Source of the DNA: Centroscyllium fabricii
Lineage: Eukaryota
Direction: 5' to 3'
NCBI GenBank assembly: GCA_051313645.2
Contig: JBNRSN020000025.1
Coordinates: 24,738,001 to 24,802,000 of the forward strand
Length of the DNA: 64,000 nt
A model generated the notes under the pieces. That model was not told the origin of the DNA, did not search any database, and worked only from the letters and a program-made list of their open reading frames with translations. A program made the position numbers and the translations under genes. How positions within the stretch are numbered: the stretch's first letter is position 1; each line of letters opens with the position of its first letter. Below are positions 35,201 to 47,402 of this stretch, piece by piece.

Positions 35201-38200
35201 TCCTTACGGTCTGGAATCTGAAATCATTTTTATGGTGCGTTTCTAGAAAAAAATACCTGGTCTAGAGAGATCATAAATGTATTAAAAAGACGAGCAGGGA
35301 AATAAACGGGGCGAGGTGGGGTCGAGAGACAGAGGGCAGGCAGTGTGATTAAAAAGCTTGACTGGTAATGTGCAATCTGAATCTGGGGGTGGACTGGGGG
35401 CACTCACTGACCACTACCAGTCTCCACTGCATGGACAGGCTCCTGTCTGACCTCTGCTTTAACCCTCAGACCACTAGAGCATCACATTCGAAAACAGTTC
35501 GAGATTATGTTTTCCCCATTTTCCTCGGGGTATTGGGGCGGAGAGACAGAGGAGGGAGGCTTAGTGGTGGATACATGGGGACAGAGAACGATAAGGAGAT
35601 TTCACGGGGCTTTAGGCTGATTACAGATTGTCTGTAATTTCAGTCAATTGATTTTGAAATCATTTTTCAACGTGAGTTAATTTTGTTCTGAGATTTTAAT
35701 CTCTGGTCGATTACGTGTATTATTTCATAATTCCCTATGAACGTTCCCCATTTGTCTACTGAATGAGCATTGTATACCTTATCGGTAAGAGATGCATTTA
35801 GCAAATGCCTGTGTGGAAAGTTTAATTTTGCCGAATGATTTGACTTTCACTTAATTGAGACAGTTACAAAAACAAATTAATAATTACAATGGAAATATTG
35901 GACCGCGAATGTGGAAACGAGTCATGTTTGACAGCTGAACCAGTAAAGCACGTCTGTCCTGAGGACTCCCAATACAAGCAGCCCGGCTCGTCCTCAGCTC
36001 CCAGGAGGCGATTTCTGCATCTAAACCGATTTTAAAAATATATATATATATATATATATTATTTCAAAATGTCCTTGATTCTGGAAAATGTGTCTGTTTA
36101 ATTGGAGCAGAAAAATATTCCCCAAAGACCTTCATCAGCAACTGTTTAACGCAATTTAATTACCAATTGTCACAATTAGGGATGTAGAAGTGGGATTTCT
36201 AAATGTCAGACTCGGTTTTCCAATTAATAATCCTAACCCGATTAGCAGCTGCAACTCTAACCCTTATTACCAAACCATAATCTCAACCAGACAGTGATCC
36301 GTTATACCCAACAATTTTCTTTTCAAGTAGAGCTGTGAAGTTTGCTTCGAGATGAAGGGGATGTGTGGTTTGAAATCCAAGTGCAGTTACTGCTTAGATT
36401 CTGTTCTGACCATTTCGTTGTTAGAGAGGAGAGATGATTCCCAATTACATTTTCACTGTGTGTGGATAAAACGGGATGCGTTAGTCGGGATCACAGCAAT
36501 ATAAACTCACCTGCACAGGCCTTTAAAAAATCTATTTCTCTCTCGTTTATAACAGGCAACTACTAAATGCATGTTTATAAATGCATTCACACACACACAC
36601 GCGCATAATAAATATTTACCTAAATATTACCAGTGGCGTCTCCAGGTAGCGTGTCATATTACATCCGGTGATTTTGGCATAATTAAAGCACAACCGGGTT
36701 GAAACAGACTGCCCGGCTAGATTATACAAGAGGCGGCACAGTCAGATTGTTAAGTCAGGTGAGGGAGTCATGCACTGTATACATTTATCGATTTTATACA
36801 GAGATATTTGGCTTCAACCTGAACAACTCCACCCACACAGCGATTTTGTAATCTGTACCTTTACTACTTGCACGCACTTAATTGTCCACATTAAGGGTTA
36901 ATCCGCTGTTTTATCTTTAGCAAGTCAGGAATTTTTTCAGTGGTATGTCATTAAATTCTACAGACCTGCATAGAACGTAATTGCTAATATTACCGGACAA
37001 AACGTTATCTCTCATTTAAATGCAGCTAAAGACGATCGAGAATCACTGCACAATTGCAATTGATGAGTTGTAAAAAAAAATGAAAGTACCTGCACGAACG
37101 TCTCATCGCGTGTTGCGTGTAATAAGGATTACATTGTGATAGATATTACTATGGAGATTAATTCCTTGCATATAACCATGATCTAAAGCATTAACAATGG
37201 ACACTGTGTGAGATAGAATAGAAATAGTCCGGGTTATATTGAGACCGTGATCTTTAAACAAATGCTTTCTCAAACACATTTTCGACCTCAATTCATCCAA
37301 CTTTAATTAGCATTATGACCAAATTAATTAAATCATTTCCAGCTACCTATTTATTCCCGCCCTCGATTTTTAAAAACATCTTGTTACTGTGAATACATCC
37401 AGCGATTTTCTATTGCACTTTTACTGAACGAAATGGTGTTTTATAGTTGCCGCTCTGCGTGATATTGCTGGTAATTAAACTTTTAATGTATTGTACAAAA
37501 AAAGTTGAATTAGTGGGTGTTATCTTCCTCAGATATTAATAATGAATCGATTTGTTTATTCCTTCACTCAAATATGTCCCAGTGTAAAAAAAAATAGTTC
37601 GATTACACGTTCTAGCTCAGAACACTATTTCTATTCTATCTCACACAGTGTCTCTTCTGTGCGCGGTTCCGATTGCTGGAGAGTAAGTTTGGCGGTTTGC
37701 AGCATACTTAGAATTGTAAATTGCAATCCCGCGTTTAAGTGACAAAATAAAGAGTGCGCTGAATTTAACTCTTATATCTAGGCCTGCAAATTCATAAATA
37801 ATACTTAAGTAACACTAATTGTGTATGTGTGTGGCAGAGGATACTATCAAGTCTGTCAAGCTTCTGAAAATAGGAGTTTACTGGTTAAGAAGTATACCTT
37901 CCCTCGGAGATATTTGCCCCGTGCTTATTTCGACTGCAGTGGTGTATTTTATGAGATTAACTTCAGCAACAAAGAGGACTGCGCTGACACTCAACTGTCG
38001 GCACGACTTGCAGAAGGGGTCCCGCATGGGACACAGGTTGTGACAAAATCCTACTTTAAAAAAACTGAAGATTTGATTCCGACTCGCATTTCCGAATTAA
38101 TATCATGCTATTGGAGTGTGCATTTCATTTGCAAATAGCTCTTTCATTATAATTATGTATTGTCTTGTCTCCTTTAAAATGTTAATGTTTCCCCTTCGCA

Positions 38201-39168
38201 GGCTCCAGTGAAACTTTACTTTAGGGTTTACTCAAACACTGTCCATTGTGAAAAAGGTCAGTTTTCTACAAAATTAATTATAGTGAAACATTTCCAATTA
38301 AAAACATCAATATATAGTAACAGTAAATCTCACCCAAAGATGCACGGCGAATCTAACACAGAACTTGAAATGTCTTAAAGTCTGCACTGAAAACTCCATC
38401 CTCCAACCATCACCTCAGCCGTATATCTGCAGCCCCACCTTGGCGCTGTGTGTGCGTGTTGTGCTGCACGATCTACATTTACTATATCTGGATACTAAAC
38501 ATTTGCTGTCAGGAGCTGTTACAACAAATGCAATCATACTCTAGCGATTCTCAGAAACTGAGTTAGAAATGAAAACTGGTAGAATGTCTCGCAAGGTGAG
38601 GTGCGTGGGGTAGGTACAGTCAGTGAAGAGGTGAATACTGACCATGTAGCAGTCTTCCAAAGAGCCTTCACCGGTTGTACAGCCCGAAACGTGGCGCCCT
38701 CAATGTGTCTCCCCCCTGAAGTTCAAAGACATTTAGTCTGACAGAGGGATAGAAACATGACATTAATATAACTAAACCCCCACCACACAATAGCCCAGGA
38801 ATCTATTAGAACGTAGTTAACCAGATACTGAATAGAGAATTATTAACATAGACTTTGCTTGTTTGTTTTTTTCAAGACCCAAGTGATTCTTGGATTTTGT
38901 AACTGTTTCAATTAAACTAACCATAACTATACGAGCTACACTCGGAATGATCTCAATTTGCGCCGCAATTTCATTTTCATCCGTTTTTCTGTTGCCAATT
39001 TTTTTTTTTAAATAGCAATTTCCTCGCAGTACAATATTTAAAAGAGATAATTCCGACCACCTTTCTCGGTGCACTAAAATGTCCTAATTAATACATTGGC
39101 TAGATAAAACACCGCACATAAAAGACGAATGGAAACGTGAAGCACTTACTGTGTTCAAACCCAGCTTC

Positions 39169-39192
39169 CTCTCTCTCTCTCTCTCTCTCTCT
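39169..39192. repeat. (CT)n microsatellite
   Basis: Direct reading. Confidence 0.9.
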
Positions 39193-39899
39193 CCCCCACT
39201 CCCACTCTCTCTCAAACTACAGGATCCATTCCTTTTGAGGAAGAACTTGAAGAGAATCGGTCTGGGAAGACAATGCAAAGTTGCCGATTATTTTATTTTA
39301 TTTTTCTTAAAATAACGCACATTACTTGAAACACTCAGGATTGTACTGGGTTTAAGGTAGAGAAGGAGGTGCTGAGGCTTCTATTTCGGAACAGAATAAA
39401 ATGTCTGTTTAAATGTCCGGTTCTCCGCGCCAATTAGCTGTAGTGACTGTAGTCCAAACCCCACGTTTATTATTCCATAGCTCCGGCACCTGGTGTTAAA
39501 TCACTGCTGTTATCCTGGACTATTCACTCAGCTAAAGCTATCGATAGCTTTAATTAATACTGTCATAACTGATGGGGGTTATTAGGACGCATTATTGAGT
39601 TAGGATAGCATGCCAATCTGTTCCCCTGCCACTACCAGTTGTGCTAAAGCTATATACTGTAAATCGGTCAAGTCTCTAAGTGTTAATTAGCTTAACATGT
39701 AATTTTTAACGCGAGTACCTTGTGCACTGAATTAAAATTACTTTTTTTGTGATAACTTTGATTTTGTTTTGGTAAATTTCCACGACAGATCATCTGCAGA
39801 TGAGTTCTAGAATTATTTTTTAAAAAGAAAAAAAATAGTGATTTTTTTTTAAGCAAACTGTCTTTTACCGTGCAGATACTTCCCGGGGTTTAGAAGCGG

Positions 39900-40136
39900 G
39901 GTTCGTGCAAGTGGGAGAGAGATAAAGTGTGAAATGGCGTGAGGGAGGCAGAGATAATTGGTCTGATGGAGTTGAGGACAGATCGCGGCCAAATGATGAA
40001 TATATTCAAACTTTTCCCTGCGTGATGGTGTCAGATTGAAGGCTCTGTGCGCATGTGCGAAGGTGTCCAAACTGACAATGCCAGGGAGATAGCGTGTGCG
40101 ATTCTCTGAAATCACGACCAAACGCCGACAGACAAC
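39900..40136 (+). promoter_or_regulatory. PRDM16: PRDM16 proximal promoter / 5' UTR
   Basis: Two AGATAA sites and the block gcgcatgtgcgaaggtgtccaaactgacaatgc (40049-40081), which I recall from mammalian PRDM16/MECOM 5' ends, directly upstream of the ATG. Confidence 0.75.
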
Positions 40137-40173
40137 ATGAGATCCAAGGCAAGGGCGAGAAAACTGGCCAAAA
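40137..40173 (+). CDS. PRDM16: PRDM16 coding exon 1 (MRSKARARKLAK + 1 nt, phase-1 intron)
   Basis: ATG AGA TCC AAG GCA AGG GCG AGA AAA CTG GCC AAA A|gtaggt. Matches the PRDM16 N-terminus and its 37-nt exon 1. The paralog MECOM reads MRSKGRARKLAT. Confidence 0.9.
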
Positions 40174-42189
40174 GTAGGTCCCTATTTTCTTCTCCTATCT
40201 CTCCGCACTTTTTTTTAGATCCTCTGTGTAGGCTTCCAAAAAGACCCTCCAAAAAAAGCAACAACACCAGACGTTCCGCGATACACCCATGGTCTTTGTG
40301 AAGAAGCGGTCAGGAATGCGTTTTCTCCTCCAGATGATGTCGGTGCGGTGGGGACGATCAGAATGATGTGCACCACGGGCTCGCAAAAAGGCTGGGGCGC
40401 AAGAACTTAAGACTTGAACGCTCTGGCCACAAGAGCGGCGCGGAGCTCTCTTTCTGAACAAGTTTCCCCACCTTGTTTATTTCTCTCATTCAACAGAAAC
40501 TTCCAGGCCCCCCGCGTCTCGACCCGAGAGGTTGAGAAGTTGGAGAGAAAAAACAAAAAAATAAAATAAAATGAAAGTTATCGAAGTTGACGAAAAGATA
40601 TGTAACTTTAAAAAAAAGACATATATATATATATATATATATTGGGCCATTGCAAAGTATAAACAGTTTTCCCAGAGCCTTAAATAGTGGGCGCTAGAGC
40701 ACCGTTGAAGAGCTGAAAGCTGCTGGCCAACTGTTCGTCTCTGGTTGAGAGGGGGCAAAATATCTTGGGGGAGTCGGTTTCATAGACTGAGTACGATTAG
40801 CAGCCGAGCCGTACCGGGGTTTCTGAGAAACCGGGACTAATGTTTTGGGGGCTGCTTCGGGGAATTAACAGTGTCAATGTTGTGCGGGAGAGAATCGCAC
40901 AGGACTTGCAGGGATCGGTTTGGAATAACACAGCTGACAAGTTTAAACTTTCAATGTAACCATGCCAGATCGTGAGACAGTGCTTTATGCGAAGGAAGTC
41001 TCGGATCTTGGAGGGAGCTTTTCAAAGCGTTATGGTTTTTTAAATATATTTTAATTTATAAAAGCATTTTATTTTGACTCGTAGTGTGTCAAATGTTGGA
41101 GTCGCGCTGAATATTAATCTTTAACCCGTAGCCCGAAGAAAAGCATGTGTGTGTGTGTGTTTAAAATGAAATTATATTCACGTGTTAGGACTTTAGACGT
41201 TTCTATGAGGCCGAATGTAGGTTAGTTAGATCTGTGCGGGCTTCGGTTGTTTGTTGTTTTTTTTAAGGAGATCGCCGTTCTGTAGTTGGGAAGTGTCTTT
41301 TTGTTATGATCCACACTTTCTGCTTCCGCCTCTCTTGCACGATCGCGTTGGTCAGTGTGAATGTGTGTGTGAGTCTGACCTGCTCCTACTTTCAGTTTGA
41401 AGCCTCGCTTTTCTCGCCAGCTTCTTATTTTTCTCAAACTGTCCGAAAGCGGGAACTATCAAACCTAATAGAAACCTTCTGAAAAATAAAAGATGCAAAT
41501 TATTTAACTTTTAAAGTTTGAATTGTCGGTAACTTTAACAGTCACCACTGTATGCAGAAACAAGTCTGCACATTCATATATAATAGTAGGTATACATAAT
41601 AGTGTTTATATATTTGTATACTTGATATTATATATTTATGTATTCTTGAAGTTTTTAATACATCCATGTCCTTTATTAATTGACATGACGAGTCATTTAC
41701 AAAAATGAAAGAGGAAATTAAAGTTTATTTTCTGGTATTTAGGTCAAGTTGAATTCCACATATACATATATATTTATATCACTCTATGTTGCACGGGCAG
41801 AATATCTGTTTTAAGTTATTCTCTGGAGAGGCTTCGTATCCAGTGATCCCTGATTTCATCTCCCTAATGAGAAGAATTAATTACTGAGGGCGCTTTTAAA
41901 ATAGCCTGTTCATATGTGTGATTGTGTTCTAAAGTTCCAGAGACGTGTGTGTATGTATGTGCGTGTATGTATGTATATATATATCAGATGTATTTATAAA
42001 TATTTAACTGTCGCAATTAACCACATTAATTAACAAATTGGCTAATGGACTTAAACACTTTTTTCTAAAATTTGGATATAATTTTGGACCACAATTTATT
42101 TATATTGCAGTAGCTTTTGTTGCTTGCAAGTGGCGAAATTGTTTGATGAATGGCTGTGTCCCAGTATTTTTCTAAGTTGTTTTGTTTGT

Positions 42190-42350
42190 AAATAAATGTG
42201 TGTTTAGTCTGCGTGATATGGTCCCCGCTGAGCTCGGATTACTGATTATTACCATTAAAAAATGATGTGCAGTAAATGCCGGCTTCAGGCAGGGAGAAAA
42301 GTGTATTTAATTGAGTCAGGAGGTTTGATTACATTCATATGGGGCTCGCA
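42190..42350. promoter_or_regulatory. Candidate intronic CNE
   Basis: ggatta, tgatta, ttaattg and AP-1 tgagtca cluster in unique sequence. Confidence 0.35.
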
Positions 42351-43589
42351 ACAAGAAATGGATTGATGGTGATTTTTTTTTCAAAGGTAGTGTTAGGGTG
42401 GGAGACGAGGAAGGAAAAGCACGGTCCCAAACAGCCATATTAAGCTGGGACTGGGTCGAACGCTTTTCAATGGAAGAATGCAGCACAACACACGTGTATA
42501 ACATTACTTGTTTCCCCGTGATAATATGTGCCTCCGCGCTATTAACTTTAACAATCCTCCAATATGATTTTCATGAAGGGGGTTGTGGGGAGGGGGAGGG
42601 GGGGGGGGAATGGAAACCACAATTCAACTCAGGCCATAGCTAAAAATAAACAAATAGGATTGCCAGACACTACTGCAATAGCACTCAGCATGTGTATAAC
42701 AGTGTAATTGTGCGTGGCCACACAGAAAGGCTGCTCTTTGCTTTTTACATATTAATGTGTGCACATATATGTGTGTATTTCATATATGCGTATGTACACA
42801 TATATATCAGACTTTATCATCCAAAATTCTTTCTTTGGGTCGCGCCGGTTTATTTCTGAGGAAGTTTGATACCTCCGCCACACTGTTTTTTGAGTTTGTA
42901 ATTTTTTAATGAATAGAAAGTTTGAATGATAGTGAAACAAGTCACTTGAACGCGGATGGGGAAATCGATGCTCGCTGGTTTAGCTCCCATTGAAGGAATT
43001 AATCGGTGTTTTATTTGAGCAGATATTTAAGTTTCAACGCTCAGATGAACTTGAACAGCTGTAAACATTTCCACTGGGTAGGTTTAGGCTGAGGCACCTC
43101 AAGGAGACATGAGTTATTTTTCATGCTCTAGCACCGTGTATTTAAAGTGCACGCACACGCAGTCAAACTCTTGCACACCTGGAAGATTTACAACAAGGGG
43201 ACCTTTAAGGTTTTAATGTCCTTTTAAACATTAGCGTGTTTATTTAATGGTGCCCTACCCTATGTCCAACTACCAACTTGATCATTTCACAAAGTTTTTT
43301 GTGTATATAAAAATAATCTCCTAACCAGTGGATCCTTTCTCTGTAGTTTCGGGATGATTTAAAACCGGGATCAGCGTTAACCTATCAAATATATGAAGGT
43401 ATTTGTACAGTCTTATTTTAAGAATAGAGTGAAACAGTTAAGTAATATAGGGGTTTTAATTACAATCCGCCACTGTTTTATTATAGATTGGATTGTGAAT
43501 TCAGAAAGAATTAGAACTGGACTGCACCAAGCAGCCCCTGGTGAATTTCTCCCGACAGTTCTGGGGTATTTTTTTAAATAGTAGATGAG

Positions 43590-43980
43590 AGTGCTAATTG
43601 CTGGCGTTTTATGTTTTGATGTTTAGAAGGTAATGGATTGTTTATTAAGACCAAGTAATTGAAACAGTAAACAAAGAAGTTGTGAAAGATTTTGATGTTT
43701 AACTGCTGCACGGGGGAAAGTGGCCACGGTAATGGGTTTCCAATAAAGCAATTACTGCACCCGGGGGCTGAGCGGCCAGGATCAATGTGGACAGGACAGA
43801 TTTCATATATAGGGGAGGGGAGCCAGTGATTAGAATGCTCTTAACTTGAAATCGAGTTGTTTGTCACAATAAGAGGAACTGACAAAACAGAAAGGGAGTT
43901 GGAAAAACAGCTCTCGATAATTAAGGTAAATTGGAATAGCACGTCTGATCAATGTGAAAATTGACGGCTTCAATAAAAGT
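43590..43980. promoter_or_regulatory. Candidate intronic CNE
   Basis: ctaattg, TCF-like tttgatg (x2), Fox gtaaaca, taatgg, gataattaa cluster. Confidence 0.4.
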
Positions 43981-46864
43981 TATCGAAAACTTTTTAAAGG
44001 TTTTTTTTACAACTCTGTGAGTTATGCCAATATCCTAATTTATGGAGAACAGTTTTTCTTGCACGCTTGCAAGATAACTATTCAAGGGCATCCCATCACC
44101 TTCTAAAAGGGTTTTATTTATACACAGTGGAGATTAATACGTTTAATACTAAACGTTTGTCTCTGTGTACATACGGATATTAGATTAGGACAATGACTGC
44201 CATTTATATATTTAGACACGTCAATCTATATGAAACATGTAGATTTAAAAAATCAACTGCACAATACACACGTATTATGAGCCTTTATACAATGGAACAT
44301 GTTATAATTACATCAGCTGTGATCTTTTCCTCCTATTTTGTCTGCATTGTAATTTTTTTAAATAAACTGCTTTAAATGTCGTTTTTACTTTAAAAAGCAG
44401 ATTCATTTTTTTTAGCTAAATTCAGTCCTCGCCTGTGTAGTAATTATGATTTCAAAACGTTTTGCAGAAAATATTTTACAAATTGGAGCTTTACAGAAGT
44501 TGCTGTGGCGTGAGGCTCAAATACATTAAAATGCTTAGTAAACATGTTTTGAGTATGGGAATGTCTGGTTAGGAGGGAAATAGCTAACTCCAGGAGCTGT
44601 GTTGGGTGGCTTGCCCAAGACACTGTCGGAAGAAGGTTTGCGGTGTTCTGGCTTAATGCTGACTCCTCCCCCGGGCTAATCGCACCCCCCCCCCCCCCCT
44701 TGCTTGATTTCCTTACAATAATCTGACTCGGCAATCAGACATTTTTCCGAGTTACAAGCGAGGAAATATGCTGCTATGGTAATCGGGTCAGAGTGCAGGA
44801 GAAAGAGGTTGGAGCCAGAGCGCGCTTTCTCTCTCGCTCACCGTCTCTCTCACCATTTCTCTCACTGTTTCCCCCCCGCCCCCCCCCCCCCCCATCCCTC
44901 TCAGTTTCTCTCCCTCCCTGTTTTCTCTTTCTCATATATATCTTCCATTTCTCTCTCTATGACTAACTCTGTATCTCTCCTATCTCCCGCACACCATCTT
45001 CGTCCTCTCGCTCTTTCTCTCTCTCACACACATTGCTTCTCTGCCCTCCTTTCTTCATCTACCCATTTCCTATCTCTGCCCATGCCTCTTCATTGGCAGT
45101 GTTTGTCTCTCACTCTCTCCCTTCTCCAGCAGAAACAGCTGATGCACCGCCCCGTGGTTCTCAAAAAACAAATCACCACGAATTACCGTTCATCACCGCG
45201 GCACTCCACAGCTTCCACTCTTCAGTCTTCACGTTGACTCCTGCAATCTTTTCGCACTCCGCACAAATCAGCTCATAATCTCTCTCACACACACACACAA
45301 CTGACGGGAGGCGAAATTAAAGGGGCACAACTTTTTCCAGCCTGCAAGTTGTTCCTACTTCGGGAGAGATGTTCTCAAATGCAATCAGTCTAATTTTGCT
45401 ATCTGTTGCTGAGATTTATATGTTGTCGCTAAACTCATACAGTACCGTGTACTGGAATCTGACTATAAATGAGAAATAATGCTTGCATGCACATTTTCGG
45501 TCACACACTGTCACAGTCCTGCACAAGTACAATCACTCGGCACAAACATACACTCTCACGGGCACATTTACGCACTGGACCACACACGCACACTTAGTCA
45601 CAGGCACACATACAAACAGACACACTCTCATATACGCATAGTCACCTAACACACTATATACACACACGCAAATCCTCTCATTCACTCACGCCTATTCAGA
45701 CTGACACAAAACCTCACAGACACACACTGTAATACTCAGCCGCTCACACATGCTCGGAACCTGTGTACCACGCTCACACGTACACATCTAACACAAACTT
45801 TTAAGCGTGCTTCAATTTAGCTCTTCGTCCCATTTCTGAGCATATGCTAAGATTGAATTTCATGTGGAATTGTTGGTATGGAAGCTAGTCGTTTTGGTCT
45901 GTTTGTTCTCACACATCTAACACGCCTCTAACTTCACGATCATTATTCCGGGCACTAACTCTAGCCCACGTAATAGAGAGCGCTGGCTTTTTCTGTATCC
46001 GAGTGATTGTATCTTAAGAGCACAGTTTAGGAGTTGGCTATGTGCATGAATATATGTTACGTAGTTTATGGTGTTCTAGATTATAAACTTACACCTATAC
46101 AGTATATACGATACGTAAGTATTTAAAAAACTACAAAAACGTATAATTGTATAAACACAGCACTTTTTTAACAAAAGTTTACAACACAAAAAGAGATAGA
46201 AAATATAATTGTATAAACTACAAATACAAATTAGAAATACGAACAAAATGTATCTTTATATACATTTTGAAGTCGTACACATCCTTGTATTCCCCGTGCT
46301 GCAGGTACGATACAGTTTGATTTCTTCCTGGTGATCCGAGCTCTCAAAGGGACTCTCCGACTGGGTTGGGAGATTTTCACATCGATTTTTATGTATATTT
46401 TCTAAAAAACACACCAAACAACGTTAAGAAGTTATCAACTCTCAGTTGTGCAGCGTGACCCTCTCACGGCTGATTTATTTGATTAAATATTCTTTTACTT
46501 CTCGTAATTTTCAGTTTATGAAATATTTCTTTGCATTGCCACAAATCGTTTTTAACAGGAACCCTAATCTTTGACAACCTAATAAACCTCGAATGAGAGG
46601 AAATTTAGTCCAAGATTTTTTTAATGAAGCCAGTTGTAAACAGACACTGTAATATCGAACGTAATTTCCTTAAGCAAATATTCCACAATGCTACGTAATT
46701 CATTCGGTTTGTGTGGGGGGAATAATGTGACTGAATTGCAGCTTTCATTGTACACAGTGAGGTGAGTCTGAGGGTTCTGTCAGTCGGAGCACTGTGGGTA
46801 TTGTATATAATACCCACCAACAAACTGAACCATCAGCATCGCTTTTGCCTTCTCCCTTCTTTAA

Positions 46865-47065
46865 ATTAAAAGCCCCCGTTTAATCTGTTAGAATTTCTCC
46901 CTTTCAGCCCAGCACCAGTTTAACCCCCGTCCCTGCACGCCCCCGCGTGTTTTAGTAGGTGTGATTGGGCTACTAGCCAGCGCACTCTTCCCCGGGTAGA
47001 TTTGTGGCAATCGGATGAACAGTTTGGGAGCAGACTTTGTTGATCATTTAATGCACCTGTTATGT
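46865..47065. promoter_or_regulatory. Candidate intronic CNE
   Basis: CpG-containing block with taatct, tgattgg, ctttgtt (Sox) and E-box sites. Confidence 0.3.
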
Positions 47066-47342
47066 CTTAACTTTCTCCATAACAGACATTTCTATAAAAC
47101 ACCAAGTCCCTTTTATTGTTTATGCTCTAGCTTTATGTACAGCAGCGTGCAATACCTATTGCAAAGACATCCAAACTATATATCTCTATAGCAACACAAT
47201 TGCACGTATATTTCACCAGCCAAGTCATCCTATCTCTGCCACTTTCCTTTTGTCACTATCAAACACTCGGGATATTGTCACTCGGATTTTAGCCTTTTGC
47301 CCTCGGCTTGGGTACCTCCCGAGGTCAAGCGTGCACAGCCTA

Positions 47343-47402
47343 ATGCAATGGGCATTGATGCAATGGGCCTTGATGCAATGGGCATTGATGCAATGGGCAT
47401 TG
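47343..47402. repeat. 15-bp tandem repeat x4 (atgcaatgggcattg)
   Basis: Direct reading. Gives rise to the spurious MQWAL/NAHCI ORFs. Confidence 0.9.

Noticed and set aside
770-40000. Telomerase RNA (TERC) or a paralog, expected if this were the ACTRT3-TERC-MECOM locus
   Set aside because: I found no CTAACCCTAAC template in a GC-rich structured context by eye. Partial matches (~12595, ~36256) lie in CR1 or AT-rich DNA, and exon 1 reads as PRDM16. An Infernal search with the vertebrate telomerase model would be decisive.
40137-40173. MECOM (MDS1) exon 1
   Set aside because: The residues are KARARKLAK (PRDM16), not KGRARKLAT, and there is no long GA-repeat 5' UTR.
44776-45278. 153-aa and 81-aa ORFs
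   Set aside because: Low-complexity CT-rich intronic sequence.
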